A DNA stretch of 64,000 nucleotides from a bacterium (GTDB lineage: Bacteria > Zhuqueibacterota > Zhuqueibacteria > Residuimicrobiales > Krinioviventaceae): positions 5,856,001 through 5,920,000 of the forward strand of contig OY843751.1 in the NCBI GenBank assembly GCA_963693055.1. The letters are read 5' to 3'. The number at the start of each line of letters is the position of its first letter. Positions within the stretch are counted from its first letter, which is position 1. The position numbers were made by a program, and so were the translations under genes. Below are positions 1 through 10,572 of this stretch, one piece after another. The notes under the pieces were generated by a model that did not search any database, had not been told where the DNA came from, and was given only the letters and a program-made list of their open reading frames with translations.

Positions 1-101
1 TCCGGAAAACAAAACCAATCCACAGATCCGTTTTTACCAATTAATGCAACTGTGTGCAAGTCTCCAACAATACCATAATCTTCAATGGGTTGATAAGCGA
101 T
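1..101 (-). CDS. Glycoside hydrolase family 15 (glucoamylase/trehalase-like), N-terminus only; runs off the window edge
   Basis: Manual translation gives (I)[32 protein letters not shown], a typical GH15 N-terminus. AGGAGG lies 8 nt upstream of an ATC codon. Confidence 0.75.
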   Translation of the reverse strand, partial: MAYQPIEDYGIVGDLHTVALIGKNGSVDWFCFP

Positions 102-196
102 AACTGGGTCCTCCTAGATATAAAAAATCCGTTCTGCTATAATAACAGTAACAGATTATACCCCTATTTCATAAACTGTGTAAATTTAAGTAAAAT

Positions 197-847
197 TTAT
201 AAAGACTTTTTTTGAGATGAAATATCACGAATGATTTCTTCAAATCGTGAAAAATATTTGGCCACATGCAGAGCATCCATTAGTGCATGATGCACCTCAA
301 CAGAGACAGGCATCTTCCAGACACCATCCTGCTGAAAATACTTGCCAAAAACAATCTTGGGGATAGAGTCACCGCTTCTGAACTTGCGGGCATGAGAGAT
401 GCTGGTAAAACGGATCCAAGGCACAACCGAATAATGGATGAGATCATCCTGCTCTACCCGGGGATTCAAGGATTCTTTTTTTTCTGTAAATTCTTGCAGA
501 ATTTTTAAAGACTGTTCTGAAAACGTTCTAAAATCCGGGTCCCAGGGGAAATAACAAAATCCAAAAGTCTTATCCTTGTAAAGTACTGTTGATCCGGCAT
601 GGATCACATCATAAACAATGACCTTGTCTTCTTTGAGACGATAGCGAAACGCTTCCACCTCGTTCACAGCACGGGTGGAAGCATACAATGACGCTATAAA
701 AAAAGATGATTTCATTTGTTTCGACATCTGCACCAAAGGAGTTACATCAATATCGGCGCAGATGTTGAAAAACGGTAAATCAAAATCCTTAAAAAAATAA
801 TACTGGTCTTTACGCGGCCAGCTTTGTATATCGATTTCTGTATACAT
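197..847 (-). CDS. CatA-like O-acetyltransferase (chloramphenicol acetyltransferase family)
   Basis: N-terminal W.RK.QY.FF, S.VPW..FTS and catalytic HHALMDALH motif; 216 aa. Confidence 0.85.
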   Translation of the reverse strand: MYTEIDIQSWPRKDQYYFFKDFDLPFFNICADIDVTPLVQMSKQMKSSFFIASLYASTRAVNEVEAFRYRLKEDKVIVYDVIHAGSTVLYKDKTFGFCYFPWDPDFRTFSEQSLKILQEFTEKKESLNPRVEQDDLIHYSVVPWIRFTSISHARKFRSGDSIPKIVFGKYFQQDGVWKMPVSVEVHHALMDALHVAKYFSRFEEIIRDISSQKKSL

Positions 848-857
848 ACAACCTTTT

Positions 858-2999
858 TTAGAACCTGTAATTGTATCTGATTTTCATACGCGCGTTTTCT
901 TCCTGGGTTTCCCAGTGATCAAACGGATCCTGGGCAATGGTCCGCCAAACCAGCAAAATCTCGTTTCCGGGTTTTATAATCCATACAAAACGGGTTTGAA
1001 TTCCCATTTTTTCAGACAAATTGTCATATTGAACAAAATTGTACAAGGTTACATTGGGACTGAACAAAAAGTTGAAATTTACGCGCATTACATCTGTATC
1101 AAAATCACCGGTAGCCAGCGATACTGAATTGTGCTCATATGCCACACCCAGATAAAATGGAACGCCTATTTTAAAACCCGATTCCAAAACAATTTCCTGA
1201 CGATTACCGGTATAAAAATCGCCCCATTCATAAGACAAGCCCGCCCAAGCCTTGCGGTGCTGAGCACTGGTTACGCTCGTTTGAAAACGATTAAACTCGT
1301 ATATATCCGTTGGAATGGTATGATCGGAATGAATGGCAAAATCCTTACTCAACCGCTCATATGTGGGCAGCATAGCGATATCGAACTGATCCCCGGTTTT
1401 GAAACGGATACTCATGGGCGTAAGTTTCAGTTCACGGGTTTCCAGCACATTGTCCATATTGGTAATGTAATCGAACCCGGTTTTAATAAAATATTGCATA
1501 ATGCCCCATCGGTTGGGCCTTGGTCCCACAGCAATATTACCATAGGTTTCACGGATTCCGCTGCGCTTTTGGAAACCGATTCCCGGCAAAAAATTCTCGC
1601 CAATTTCATGAAATCCGGTACGGATGTAAAGAAAATCATTGGGATAAATAATATCACCACCCCACGACACGTCATTACCCGACAGACCGTCAGTTGAGGA
1701 TTTTAATCCGAACAGTATAACACCCAGGTTCTGATTTCCCCTGAAATTTGAAGTAGCAAGTTTTACATCCGCTCCAACCACATGGTTGTCTGCATTGCCA
1801 ACAGAATTACCGATAGTTCCGATAAAACCGACAGAGGACTGTCCGCCAATATTACGCGAGATCCGCGCTACCGCATATTCCTGGGCCTTGTCATCACGTT
1901 CATCCGCAATTGCCAGTAAACCCATGTTCCATTGACCAATCTGTCCGGTTACTTTACCACCCCATTTGATGGGTACGGGATTTCCATTGCCGTCTAACCC
2001 AATACGGCGGGAAAAGAACGGGATCAGTTTGTTGGCATAGGGATTGTCGCGGTTGTCCAGCTCTAAACCAAAATTAAAATATCCGGCACCATCCAAAAAG
2101 AAATCTCGCTTTTCCGGAAACAACAGGGGGAAGCGGGTCAGGTTGATCATACGGTCATCTACTTCAGTCTGGGCAAAATCCGTGTTCACGGTCAACGCGC
2201 TTTTGACGGAGGGTGTGATTTGGTAAAACATATCTACACCCGCGTCAACAGGATACTCGCGATCATCCGGGGGTTCATTATCCATGCCAAACAAAGCATA
2301 GGGACTAATATCCAGTCCAATACCCTGCGATAAATCCTCTAGTCCTTCCAGCGGGCCTGCGTCTGACACTTGAAATTTATAAGAATCTACATTGGCAACG
2401 GGCCAGAATGCGTTTTCCTGTTTTCTGGCAATATTTCGGTTGAGTTTTAAACCCCATGTAGTCTGGTTTTTGTTAAAACTGAATGTCTTGAAAGGTATGG
2501 CAATCTCGGTGGTCCACCCATCTCCTACAACCTTGGAACGACCAATCCAGATCCCATCCCATGATTTGTTAAATACTGCACCGTTCTGAGAAATAAGTGC
2601 ATCACCCATACACCCGCGAGCGTTGATTTGAAACCAGAACGCGTTGCGTTTATCTAAAAAGGTATCGATAATAATTTTGATGGCATCTTCACTTCCCAGG
2701 CTGGCATCTCGCGCCACTTCTTTGGCGGTTATTTGTTTAGGATCACCATACAGCTTGCAACCGATGTAAAGATTGTCCTTGTCGTACAAGACAAACACCT
2801 CTGTTTCTTCAGAACAGGGCGCACCCACATCCGGTTCACGCTGATAAAACTCGGTTATGGGTTCAGCTGTTCTCCATACAGCTTCATCCAGATACCCGTC
2901 AATGTCAATGTTTTCGTTGGTAAAAACCGCTCTAACATTCGCTTGTGCATGCACGTTTGCCGAAACTGCTATCAGCAGCAACATTAGAATTCTTTTCAT
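858..2999 (-). CDS. CBM9-like domain plus DUF5916 outer-membrane protein
   Basis: Signal peptide, IDG.LDE..W, TVNTDFAQTEVD, NLTRFPLLFPEKRDFF, FFSRRIGL and a C-terminal Phe. Confidence 0.8.
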   Translation of the reverse strand: MKRILMLLLIAVSANVHAQANVRAVFTNENIDIDGYLDEAVWRTAEPITEFYQREPDVGAPCSEETEVFVLYDKDNLYIGCKLYGDPKQITAKEVARDASLGSEDAIKIIIDTFLDKRNAFWFQINARGCMGDALISQNGAVFNKSWDGIWIGRSKVVGDGWTTEIAIPFKTFSFNKNQTTWGLKLNRNIARKQENAFWPVANVDSYKFQVSDAGPLEGLEDLSQGIGLDISPYALFGMDNEPPDDREYPVDAGVDMFYQITPSVKSALTVNTDFAQTEVDDRMINLTRFPLLFPEKRDFFLDGAGYFNFGLELDNRDNPYANKLIPFFSRRIGLDGNGNPVPIKWGGKVTGQIGQWNMGLLAIADERDDKAQEYAVARISRNIGGQSSVGFIGTIGNSVGNADNHVVGADVKLATSNFRGNQNLGVILFGLKSSTDGLSGNDVSWGGDIIYPNDFLYIRTGFHEIGENFLPGIGFQKRSGIRETYGNIAVGPRPNRWGIMQYFIKTGFDYITNMDNVLETRELKLTPMSIRFKTGDQFDIAMLPTYERLSKDFAIHSDHTIPTDIYEFNRFQTSVTSAQHRKAWAGLSYEWGDFYTGNRQEIVLESGFKIGVPFYLGVAYEHNSVSLATGDFDTDVMRVNFNFLFSPNVTLYNFVQYDNLSEKMGIQTRFVWIIKPGNEILLVWRTIAQDPFDHWETQEENARMKIRYNYRF

Positions 3000-3134
3000 C
3001 GCAACCTCTTGAATATCACTTCTTTTCCTACAAGGCCAATATAAAAAATTCTAACATTTAAAGCTTGGGAAATTTTTGGGAGACTTCTATTAATGCCTTT
3101 TTATTATTTTACCTTAATTACAAACTAATAAATA

Positions 3135-3785
3135 CTATTCAATCCCACTAACTTTACTAAATAAATCTATTACATTGTTATTACTATTATTTTTATAAGT
3201 TTTCCATGAAATTTCATAATTCTCTGCTTGATTTCCCCAGACATCCCAACCGGGTCTTTTACCGCGAGCAAACAATTCTAAATAAGGCCCGGGGCTACAA
3301 TCTTCAATTATTTGATAAAGTTCGTCAGGTTTACGGCTGTGTTCTTGTTTCTGTGATCTGATTATATTTACCTGACTCCTACCCGGTTTTAGAGTTCTCA
3401 TACTTCCTCGAATTCCAAACAAAATAATCTCTGTAGTATTTCTAAAATAAAATCCAACTCCCCTTCCATCAGGTCCACCATCTTTTCTTACTTTATGCCA
3501 AATCAAATTTGTTTTATATTCAAATCCCCATGCCCTCATTACTTCTAAGCCTTCTGGCAATAATGCGTTCGGAACCCATAAATATAAATGAGACGGTTTA
3601 TCAGCTATTACATGAACCGGAATTTCCTTAATCTCTTTGAGTTTCATAGTTGGGTATCTATTAAGCCTTTTATGCTCAGGAGCCATTTTACCTGTACGAT
3701 TGTTAAATTGCCAAGGTGGATCAGCCAAAATTGTTTGATATTTACGATCACCAAATTCAGATAAAAATGTTTCATAAATTTCCAT
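3135..3785 (-). CDS. MT-A70 family adenine methyltransferase
   Basis: ADPPW catalytic motif, HLYLW, HSRKP, YLELFAR, GW.VWGNQ. Confidence 0.9.
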   Translation of the reverse strand: MEIYETFLSEFGDRKYQTILADPPWQFNNRTGKMAPEHKRLNRYPTMKLKEIKEIPVHVIADKPSHLYLWVPNALLPEGLEVMRAWGFEYKTNLIWHKVRKDGGPDGRGVGFYFRNTTEIILFGIRGSMRTLKPGRSQVNIIRSQKQEHSRKPDELYQIIEDCSPGPYLELFARGKRPGWDVWGNQAENYEISWKTYKNNSNNNVIDLFSKVSGIE

Positions 3786-4369
3786 TATATATCCTCTTTA
3801 TAAGTGCTTTTTTGAATGCCAATAACTATTATAGGACAACCTGCTCCACCGCCACCTTCAATTCGAGGTAATAATTTCGACATATGAGTTGTTGAATTTC
3901 CATATGATGAACCACGTCCCAAATCATTAAAAATCTCTTGTAATTCATCACATCTTGTCAATATGATACCAACACTTATGGCACGAAGTTCAAACAACAA
4001 TCTAAAATTATTTAAATCTCTATCATAAAATGGATCTTTATTATTCCACTCAAGTTCAATAGCAATTTTATTCTTATAGCAATCAATTTTATGGGTTGGT
4101 GATTCCATCCTGCTTTCATCAACAATTACAGCTGTATTAAATTGCTTTTCTATCCATCCACGATCTCCCATAAATGAATCAACCCATTTTGCTAAATCAG
4201 ATTTATTACCCCCTCCTTTAACTAACCAAGATTTTCGCAATTCAAATTGCTCAAGCATGTCAATTAAATCTTGCCATTCTGATGGAAAATCATGTTTTAA
4301 TATTGCAGAAGCATGCTTCCACTCATGGATTTCATATTTTTCTAAAATATTTTCTGGAAAATGCACCAT
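3785..4369 (-). CDS. BglII/BstYI-like type II restriction endonuclease
   Basis: THKIDC...IAIELEWNNKDPFYDRDL motif; 1-nt overlap with the MT-A70 gene. Confidence 0.8.
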   Translation of the reverse strand: MVHFPENILEKYEIHEWKHASAILKHDFPSEWQDLIDMLEQFELRKSWLVKGGGNKSDLAKWVDSFMGDRGWIEKQFNTAVIVDESRMESPTHKIDCYKNKIAIELEWNNKDPFYDRDLNNFRLLFELRAISVGIILTRCDELQEIFNDLGRGSSYGNSTTHMSKLLPRIEGGGGAGCPIIVIGIQKSTYKEDI

Positions 4370-4458
4370 AATTATATTAGTAATCCTACATTACTTTTTT
4401 TATAAAATAACACAATTTGTTTTAAATGTCTAATAATTTATTTCAATTATTCGCCTTC

Positions 4459-5613
4459 TCACTTTCCAAAGCAATAGGAAAAATCCACCCAGGGAAAGAA
4501 TGGCCAGCCGCCTTCTTCAAAAGCCTCAATGGCAGTGAGCAATGCGAGATCAACCGCAACTTTATCACCGAAAAAACGTACACCACCGGAAAACAGTATA
4601 GTACCATCATTTCCCCCGGGGAAAATCCAATTTTCGGTAATGAGCTTGACACTGTTCGAAACCTGTGTCTCCCCACCGATGAGCAGTAAAGGACTGTCAT
4701 CATTAAAATCCGTGATGGGTATACCCAGTCCCAATGTCAGACTCTTGAGTTCATTACCCAATGTAGCAACAGCAAACCCGAGCCCCAAATTCGCATCTTC
4801 CTCGCCGGGTACGGTCAAATAGAGTATACCGGTTGCAATATCTATTGTGGGCGATATATTAAAAGCGAGCTTGGGGGCCAGATGAAAGATCTGTTCATCC
4901 GCACCCGGAAGCAGTGACATTCCACCACTGAGGGTAAAATTAGATGTGATACCAAAAGCCACGGTAGGAAAAAACACCCAGTAATCCGCAAAATAGCCGG
5001 TGCCTTTGGGTACGCCCCGCCCTGTGGGTGCAAAAAACATACGAGAGCTATTGGGGTCTATACGGTAATATTTACTATCCGATAATTCGCTTTCCAGATC
5101 CTGAACAGATTCAATACTTATATCCGGTACGGTCATAACCACGCCACCCCGTGTTTGAGCAATCAAGGTGTCTTGCTTGGCTTTTTGAAACGTCACCACC
5201 AACTTGCTGCCATCGGTCAGTGTAAGACGTTTCATAACGGATTGCTCCAGCCATTGATCATCATTTATTACATACAAAGCATCATCAAAGGTATCACCAG
5301 TTTTAACAGCCTCTATTCTCTTTTCGGTCAAGCGAACCAACTGTTCATACTCTGTTAACGGCATGTTTGTGATAAAAATCTGAGCATGACTCTCATTATT
5401 GCGAATGACATGTAAAATTACCATCTCTTTTTTCAAATAAAATCGGGCCGCTGAAAAGCCCTGTATCTCTCCAAAGATCGTAAAGGATTCATTCTCGCTG
5501 GCGTCTATTACCCACCCCAGCTCACCATGCAAAATCACCGGTACTTGCTCATTCGCATATACTGCAGTAATCCCCAGTAATAACAAACTACATAAAATTA
5601 TAATCGTTTTCAT
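4459..5613 (-). CDS. Hypothetical exported protein with probable C-terminal beta-barrel
   Basis: Signal peptide MKTIIILCSLLLLG; amphipathic strands in the C-terminal half; start refined to the ATG at 5613. Confidence 0.55.
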   Translation of the reverse strand: MKTIIILCSLLLLGITAVYANEQVPVILHGELGWVIDASENESFTIFGEIQGFSAARFYLKKEMVILHVIRNNESHAQIFITNMPLTEYEQLVRLTEKRIEAVKTGDTFDDALYVINDDQWLEQSVMKRLTLTDGSKLVVTFQKAKQDTLIAQTRGGVVMTVPDISIESVQDLESELSDSKYYRIDPNSSRMFFAPTGRGVPKGTGYFADYWVFFPTVAFGITSNFTLSGGMSLLPGADEQIFHLAPKLAFNISPTIDIATGILYLTVPGEEDANLGLGFAVATLGNELKSLTLGLGIPITDFNDDSPLLLIGGETQVSNSVKLITENWIFPGGNDGTILFSGGVRFFGDKVAVDLALLTAIEAFEEGGWPFFPWVDFSYCFGK

Positions 5614-5693
5614 AATCTTCTCTCCATTACTCCTATACAACGATTTTTCACGATGGGATTATTTCAATATTGAACGATTTGTTTTCAGGATTT

Positions 5694-6917
5694 TTATTTC
5701 AAAAGCAGCATTTGACGTGTCTGGCTAGTATTACCGGATTTTAAACGATATACATACACACCGCTTGCTACAGGTTCTCCTGAATTGTCACAGCCATCCC
5801 AGCAAACATGATACTCGCCTGATACTTGAATAGATGACACCAGCGTTCGTACCGGCTTTCCTGTGATGGAATAGATCCTCAATGTGGTCTGACCAGACTC
5901 GTTCAACCGATAGGATATTGTTGTGGATGGATTAAAAGGATTGGGATAGTTTTTGTTCAGCACAAAACGTTCCGGTGTTTCTGTTGGTTCCAGTATTCCG
6001 GTTTCATTTAATCGCGGATAAAAATAGAGATCCGCATCCATGCCCAGAGCTTCTTCACTGAGGGTATAATAACCCGATCCATCTGTTGCCCAACAAACGG
6101 CTTCACCCAATGGCTCAGCAATATAGGGCACAAAAACTACATTCGCTTGTAGTATATCCCGCCAGGGTATGGTACTGTCTGATCTGATCCAGTAGAATAT
6201 CTGGTAATAGGATTTTATAAGCATTTCCAAACCATTTGCAGAGATGTCACCGCCAACCATTTTCCCCCAATCACCGCCATACAATTCAAGCGTGATCATA
6301 GATTCAGCAATCATTGTTTCCGTTGTGGATTGCGGATATGGCAGGCGAAACACATCTGCAGAACCCGCTTGTTTGGTCACAATCAATAGGTCCCGCGATA
6401 CGGGATCAAGCATCAGGGTTTCCGCATTGTAGCGCGCGCCGGGATAACGAAAAGTAATGGTTTCCGCACCGGTCAAAACCGTATCCACAGCCTCTGCCGC
6501 AGGATTGACTACCGGCTCCGGAATACGATAAATGAATTTATCTTTGTATCTATAATCATTGTCCCCTATATCCGCAATATACAGATAAGCCTCTTCCTCA
6601 ACCGGACCAGGACCAATGGCAATATCTTCCCAGTCGCGGTTGCTAATACCGTCAATCTCATACTCTCCCAAATGCTGTCCCGACATGTCTATTGCAAACA
6701 ATCGTGCCTTGTCACCCGAATCGTTATGCGTCCAAAGCACACCGGGATTTTTCCGGCTGGCAACCAAACCGGATGCCTCAACAATTGCATCGTTTTCGAT
6801 CGTCCCGAGGTTCTGCCTGCTGCCAAACTCTACAGTCTGCGCAAACAGACTTTGCATAAAAAAAAGCAGAAATACTATATATCGTGAAATCGTATTTTTG
6901 CTTTTTAAAATCATCAA
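5694..6917 (-). CDS. Secreted beta-propeller-like protein with T9SS/FlgD-type C-terminal domain
   Basis: Signal peptide, EASGL..S, WTHNDSG and DWEDIA motifs; C-terminal NYPNPFNPSTTISY...ASGVY. Confidence 0.75.
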   Translation of the reverse strand: MMILKSKNTISRYIVFLLFFMQSLFAQTVEFGSRQNLGTIENDAIVEASGLVASRKNPGVLWTHNDSGDKARLFAIDMSGQHLGEYEIDGISNRDWEDIAIGPGPVEEEAYLYIADIGDNDYRYKDKFIYRIPEPVVNPAAEAVDTVLTGAETITFRYPGARYNAETLMLDPVSRDLLIVTKQAGSADVFRLPYPQSTTETMIAESMITLELYGGDWGKMVGGDISANGLEMLIKSYYQIFYWIRSDSTIPWRDILQANVVFVPYIAEPLGEAVCWATDGSGYYTLSEEALGMDADLYFYPRLNETGILEPTETPERFVLNKNYPNPFNPSTTISYRLNESGQTTLRIYSITGKPVRTLVSSIQVSGEYHVCWDGCDNSGEPVASGVYVYRLKSGNTSQTRQMLLLK

Positions 6918-6932
6918 ATCAGTCCCATTTTT

Positions 6933-8069
6933 TTACTTGATCAGGAGCATTTTACTAACCGCTGAATGTTGTCCCGTAGTCAGCCTGTAATAATAAATCC
7001 CGCTTGCCAGGGACTTTGCATCAAAAACGACTGAATAGGTACCGGAAGTATGGACCTCGTTCACCGGCATTGCTATCTGATTGCCAAGCAGATCAAACAC
7101 CATCAAAGTAACATGCGCGGTTTCTTCAATTCGGTAATGGATTCGGGTAGACGCATTAAAGGGATTGGGATAATTACTCAACAATTGAAAAGATTCAACA
7201 GGTTCATCCTGTTTTGTGATGCCCGTCTGCGGCAGGGTGTAAATGTAAATATCTGACTGCCCGCCTCGTTTAGAGGTATAGGCTATCTTGCTGCCATCCG
7301 GTGACCATGTAGGCATACTGTCGCCACATTCACAGGGAATTTTCACCGGGTCCGTCCCATCAGCATTGACAAGCCAGATACTGCTGTCATTGTTCTCCCG
7401 CCACGATACAAATACGATTTGCTTGCCATCGGGAGACCAACAGGCCCGGTCATCACTTTCGCTATGCTGTGTAACCTGCACCACTTCCCCAGTTTCCAAA
7501 ACAATGTACCAGATATCAGTATTGCCTGATCGGTCGGATGTAAACAATATCTTGCTGCCGTCTCTGCTCCAGTTGGGATGATAATCAAACGAGCTTCCAA
7601 AAGTCAGTTGCTGCGGATTGCTGGCGTCAATATTACACGTCCACAGCTTCCCGTCTTTCATATAAACAAACTGCTCTCCATCCGGAGAAACCGATGCCAT
7701 CAAGGTTATGGGCTGGGTAAGCTGTTCTGCTTCACCGCCATCAATCCCAACTTTGAATATTGCCAATCGGCCCTCTTGTGGAGTATAAGCATCGAACAAG
7801 AGGGTTTGAGAATCCGCCAACCACGAGTTGTACATGTCACCGGTCAAATCACCGGTAATATCAATTTTGAAAGATTCTGCAGTCTCTAGATCCGTATACC
7901 AGAATTCCGAATTTCCATTTACAACGGTTGTGTGAGAAATATATTTTCCGTTCGGGGACCAGTTGAGGTGATACTCTTCATAAACAGTATGGGTTAGCCG
8001 TTCTGTTTCAGCAGCATTTAAACAGATCAATGCGGATAAAATAATGAGAATAAAGAATAATTTTTTCAT
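6933..8069 (-). CDS. TolB-like PD40-repeat protein with T9SS-type C-terminal domain
   Basis: Repeated WSPDG motifs; NYPNPFNAST...LASGIYYYRL C-terminus. Confidence 0.85.
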   Translation of the reverse strand: MKKLFFILIILSALICLNAAETERLTHTVYEEYHLNWSPNGKYISHTTVVNGNSEFWYTDLETAESFKIDITGDLTGDMYNSWLADSQTLLFDAYTPQEGRLAIFKVGIDGGEAEQLTQPITLMASVSPDGEQFVYMKDGKLWTCNIDASNPQQLTFGSSFDYHPNWSRDGSKILFTSDRSGNTDIWYIVLETGEVVQVTQHSESDDRACWSPDGKQIVFVSWRENNDSSIWLVNADGTDPVKIPCECGDSMPTWSPDGSKIAYTSKRGGQSDIYIYTLPQTGITKQDEPVESFQLLSNYPNPFNASTRIHYRIEETAHVTLMVFDLLGNQIAMPVNEVHTSGTYSVVFDAKSLASGIYYYRLTTGQHSAVSKMLLIK

Positions 8070-8086
8070 AATACCCCTCAATCTCA

Positions 8087-8110
8087 AGCCCGGTCTCAAA
8101 GGACCGGGCC
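8087..8110 (-). terminator. Hairpin downstream of glnS
   Basis: GCCCGGTC..GACCGGGC inverted repeat; U-tract is weak. Confidence 0.4.
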
Positions 8111-8123
8111 TGTATATAATAAA

Positions 8124-9856
8124 CTAGTGCTGTTTATTTTGCTTTACCATCTTACCCCAGGTGTCGCGCAGCGTAGTGGTTCGATTAAATACCGCTTTAT
8201 CATCCGTTGTATCGGGATCGGTATAAAAATAGCCATGACGCTCAAACTGCAGGTTTACACCCGGTTTAACATTTTTCAAAAACGGCTCTACCAGGGCATT
8301 TTCCAAAACCTCAAGAGAGTTGGGATTCATATAATCCAGAAAATCTTTACCCTCTTCAACATCTCCGGCTGCATCGGCAATAGTCAGCAAATGCTCATAC
8401 AAACGCACTTCGGCAGGTACGGCATGACGGGCAGAGACCCAATGAATGGTTCCCTTTACTCTGCGTCCATCTGGTGTGCCGCCGCCTTTGGATTCCGGAT
8501 CGTAGGTACATTTGAGTTCAATAACATTGCCATCATCATCCTTGATAACCTCATTACAGGTGATGTAATAGGCGTAACGCAACCGGACTTCACCACCGGG
8601 TTTGAGTCTGAAAAACTTTTTCGGGGCATCTTCCATAAAATCGGTTTGCTCCACATACAATTCATTGCAGAACGGTACCTTGCGGGTGCCCATGCTTTCG
8701 TCTTCAGGATTGTTAATGGCATCCATCTCTTCAACTTGATCTTCAGGATAGTTGGTGATGGTTACTTTTAAAGGATGCAAAACACCCATTACCCGCTGTG
8801 CGGATTTGTTGAGTTCTTCACGCAAACAGAATTCCAGCAATGCATAATCTACCATGCTGTTACGCTTGGCTACACCCACACGTTCTGAAAATGTACGAAT
8901 AGATGACGGCGTAAATCCTTTGCGGCGGAACCCGGAAATGGTGGGCATACGGGGATCATCCCAGCCGCGTACATGTCCTTCTTTGACCAGACGTAACAAA
9001 CGGCGCTTGCTCATTACCATGTAGGTAAGGTTGAGGCGCGCAAACTCGATCTGCTGGGGATGGTATTCCTCCAACTCGTCCAGAAACCAGTCGTACAAGG
9101 GACGATGATCTTCAAATTCCAATGTACAAATAGAATGGGTTATGCGCTCAATCGAATCGGACTGGCCGTGCGCCCAGTCATACATGGGATAAATGCACCA
9201 CTTGTCGCCAGTACGCGGATGTGTAGCGCGCAAAATACGATACATGATAGGGTCACGCATATTGATATTGGGTGATGCCATATCCACTTTGGCGCGCAAG
9301 GTTTTGGAACCATCCGGGAATTCACCGGCATGCATACGCTCAAACAGATCCAGATTTTCCTCGATACTGCGGTTGCGGTACGGGCTCTCTTTGCCGGGTT
9401 CTTTGAGTGTCCCACGGTATTCACGGATCTCTTCCGGGGTCAGTTCACACACATAAGCTTTGCCCTTTTTAATGAGCCGGATTGCCCATTCGTAAAGCTG
9501 ATCAAAATAATCAGACGCATAATATTCATGGTCACCCCATGAAAATCCGAGCCATTGCACATCTTGTTTAATAGAATCTATATATTCCTGCTCTCTTTGA
9601 TGGGATTGGTATCATCAAAACGCAAATGGGTTTTGCCGCCGTTTTCCTTTGCCATACCAAAATTGAGACATATCGACTTTGCGTGTCCAATATGCAGATA
9701 GCCGTTGGGTTCGGGCGGGAAACGGGTCACAACACGTCCTTCCCACTTGTTGGATTCCATATCTTCTTTGATAATATAACGGATAAAATGGGGCGGCGGT
9801 GTTGCACCGTTTTCCGGTTTTTCCGTTTCTGCGGGTTTGTTTTCATTTTCTGACAT
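8124..9856 (-). CDS. glnS: Glutamine--tRNA ligase, split by a 1-nt frameshift near 9590-9597
   Basis: [15 protein letters not shown] in ORF 9578..9856; MSKR and [12 protein letters not shown] in ORF 8124..9560. The frames join as DTNPIKE|[16 protein letters not shown] if one base is added. Confidence 0.93.
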
Positions 9857-9952
9857 AATGTATTTCCTGTATATTCATTGATGCTAAACACAAATTAAAC
9901 ATATAATATACGGATTTTTTCGGGTGAGAGCAAGAGAGGAGTTGAAAATATA

Positions 9953-10378
9953 TTATTGTCGTCCTTTTCCATTTTCAAGTTCTACATGAACAAACCGACT
10001 GGTATTAATTAAAAAAAACTCGATATACTCAAACTCTCTATGCGAAATAGCAAGAGCCGGATCATCAGCATTTTTACACTCAATAAACCAGGACAAAAAG
10101 CGCCTTAACCCCTTTTGAGAATTTTTAATATCTGAAATATGTGTTTCATCAAACCGTTCCAATTCATAAATACGTTCTTTTAACTTTTTTGGAATGTAAA
10201 TAGATTTTTTCACAAGCTCTTTCAATCTTGCCAATTCAATATAATACTGATCCAACTCTTCTTCAACAATACAACCATCCGCTAAATATTTCTGCAATTG
10301 ATCATACAGGTATTTCAGGTAATCGTCAAACTGTTCAAGCGTTAAATCGATCACAATATTATCCCATATAGTTATCAA
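9953..10378 (-). CDS. Hypothetical protein
   Basis: 141-aa AT-rich ORF with no recognised motif. Confidence 0.5.
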   Translation of the reverse strand: MITIWDNIVIDLTLEQFDDYLKYLYDQLQKYLADGCIVEEELDQYYIELARLKELVKKSIYIPKKLKERIYELERFDETHISDIKNSQKGLRRFLSWFIECKNADDPALAISHREFEYIEFFLINTSRFVHVELENGKGRQ

Positions 10379-10572
10379 TCATTCAATTATATCTCAATAT
10401 TTAACAAATTCATATCCGTAAAGATCTGTGTTGATCCGTGGCTTAAATCGTTATCAGCAAAATACTAGATATATTAAAGATCCTGAGAACACTCCCGCAT
10501 TTTAAAATTTGAAGAAAAGCGTTGTTCACAAATACCTCCCAACCCTGCAAACAACGCTCTTCAAATCCCTGT

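Noticed and set aside
197-847. Acquired chloramphenicol resistance cassette
   Set aside because: No mobile context, and CatA-like genes are common chromosomal genes in FCB bacteria. The substrate is unproven.
10511-10562. Hairpin with a CCTCCC-containing loop after the DegT gene
   Set aside because: Its position fits a 3' end or terminator structure, and there is no strand-specific evidence for a separate RNA.
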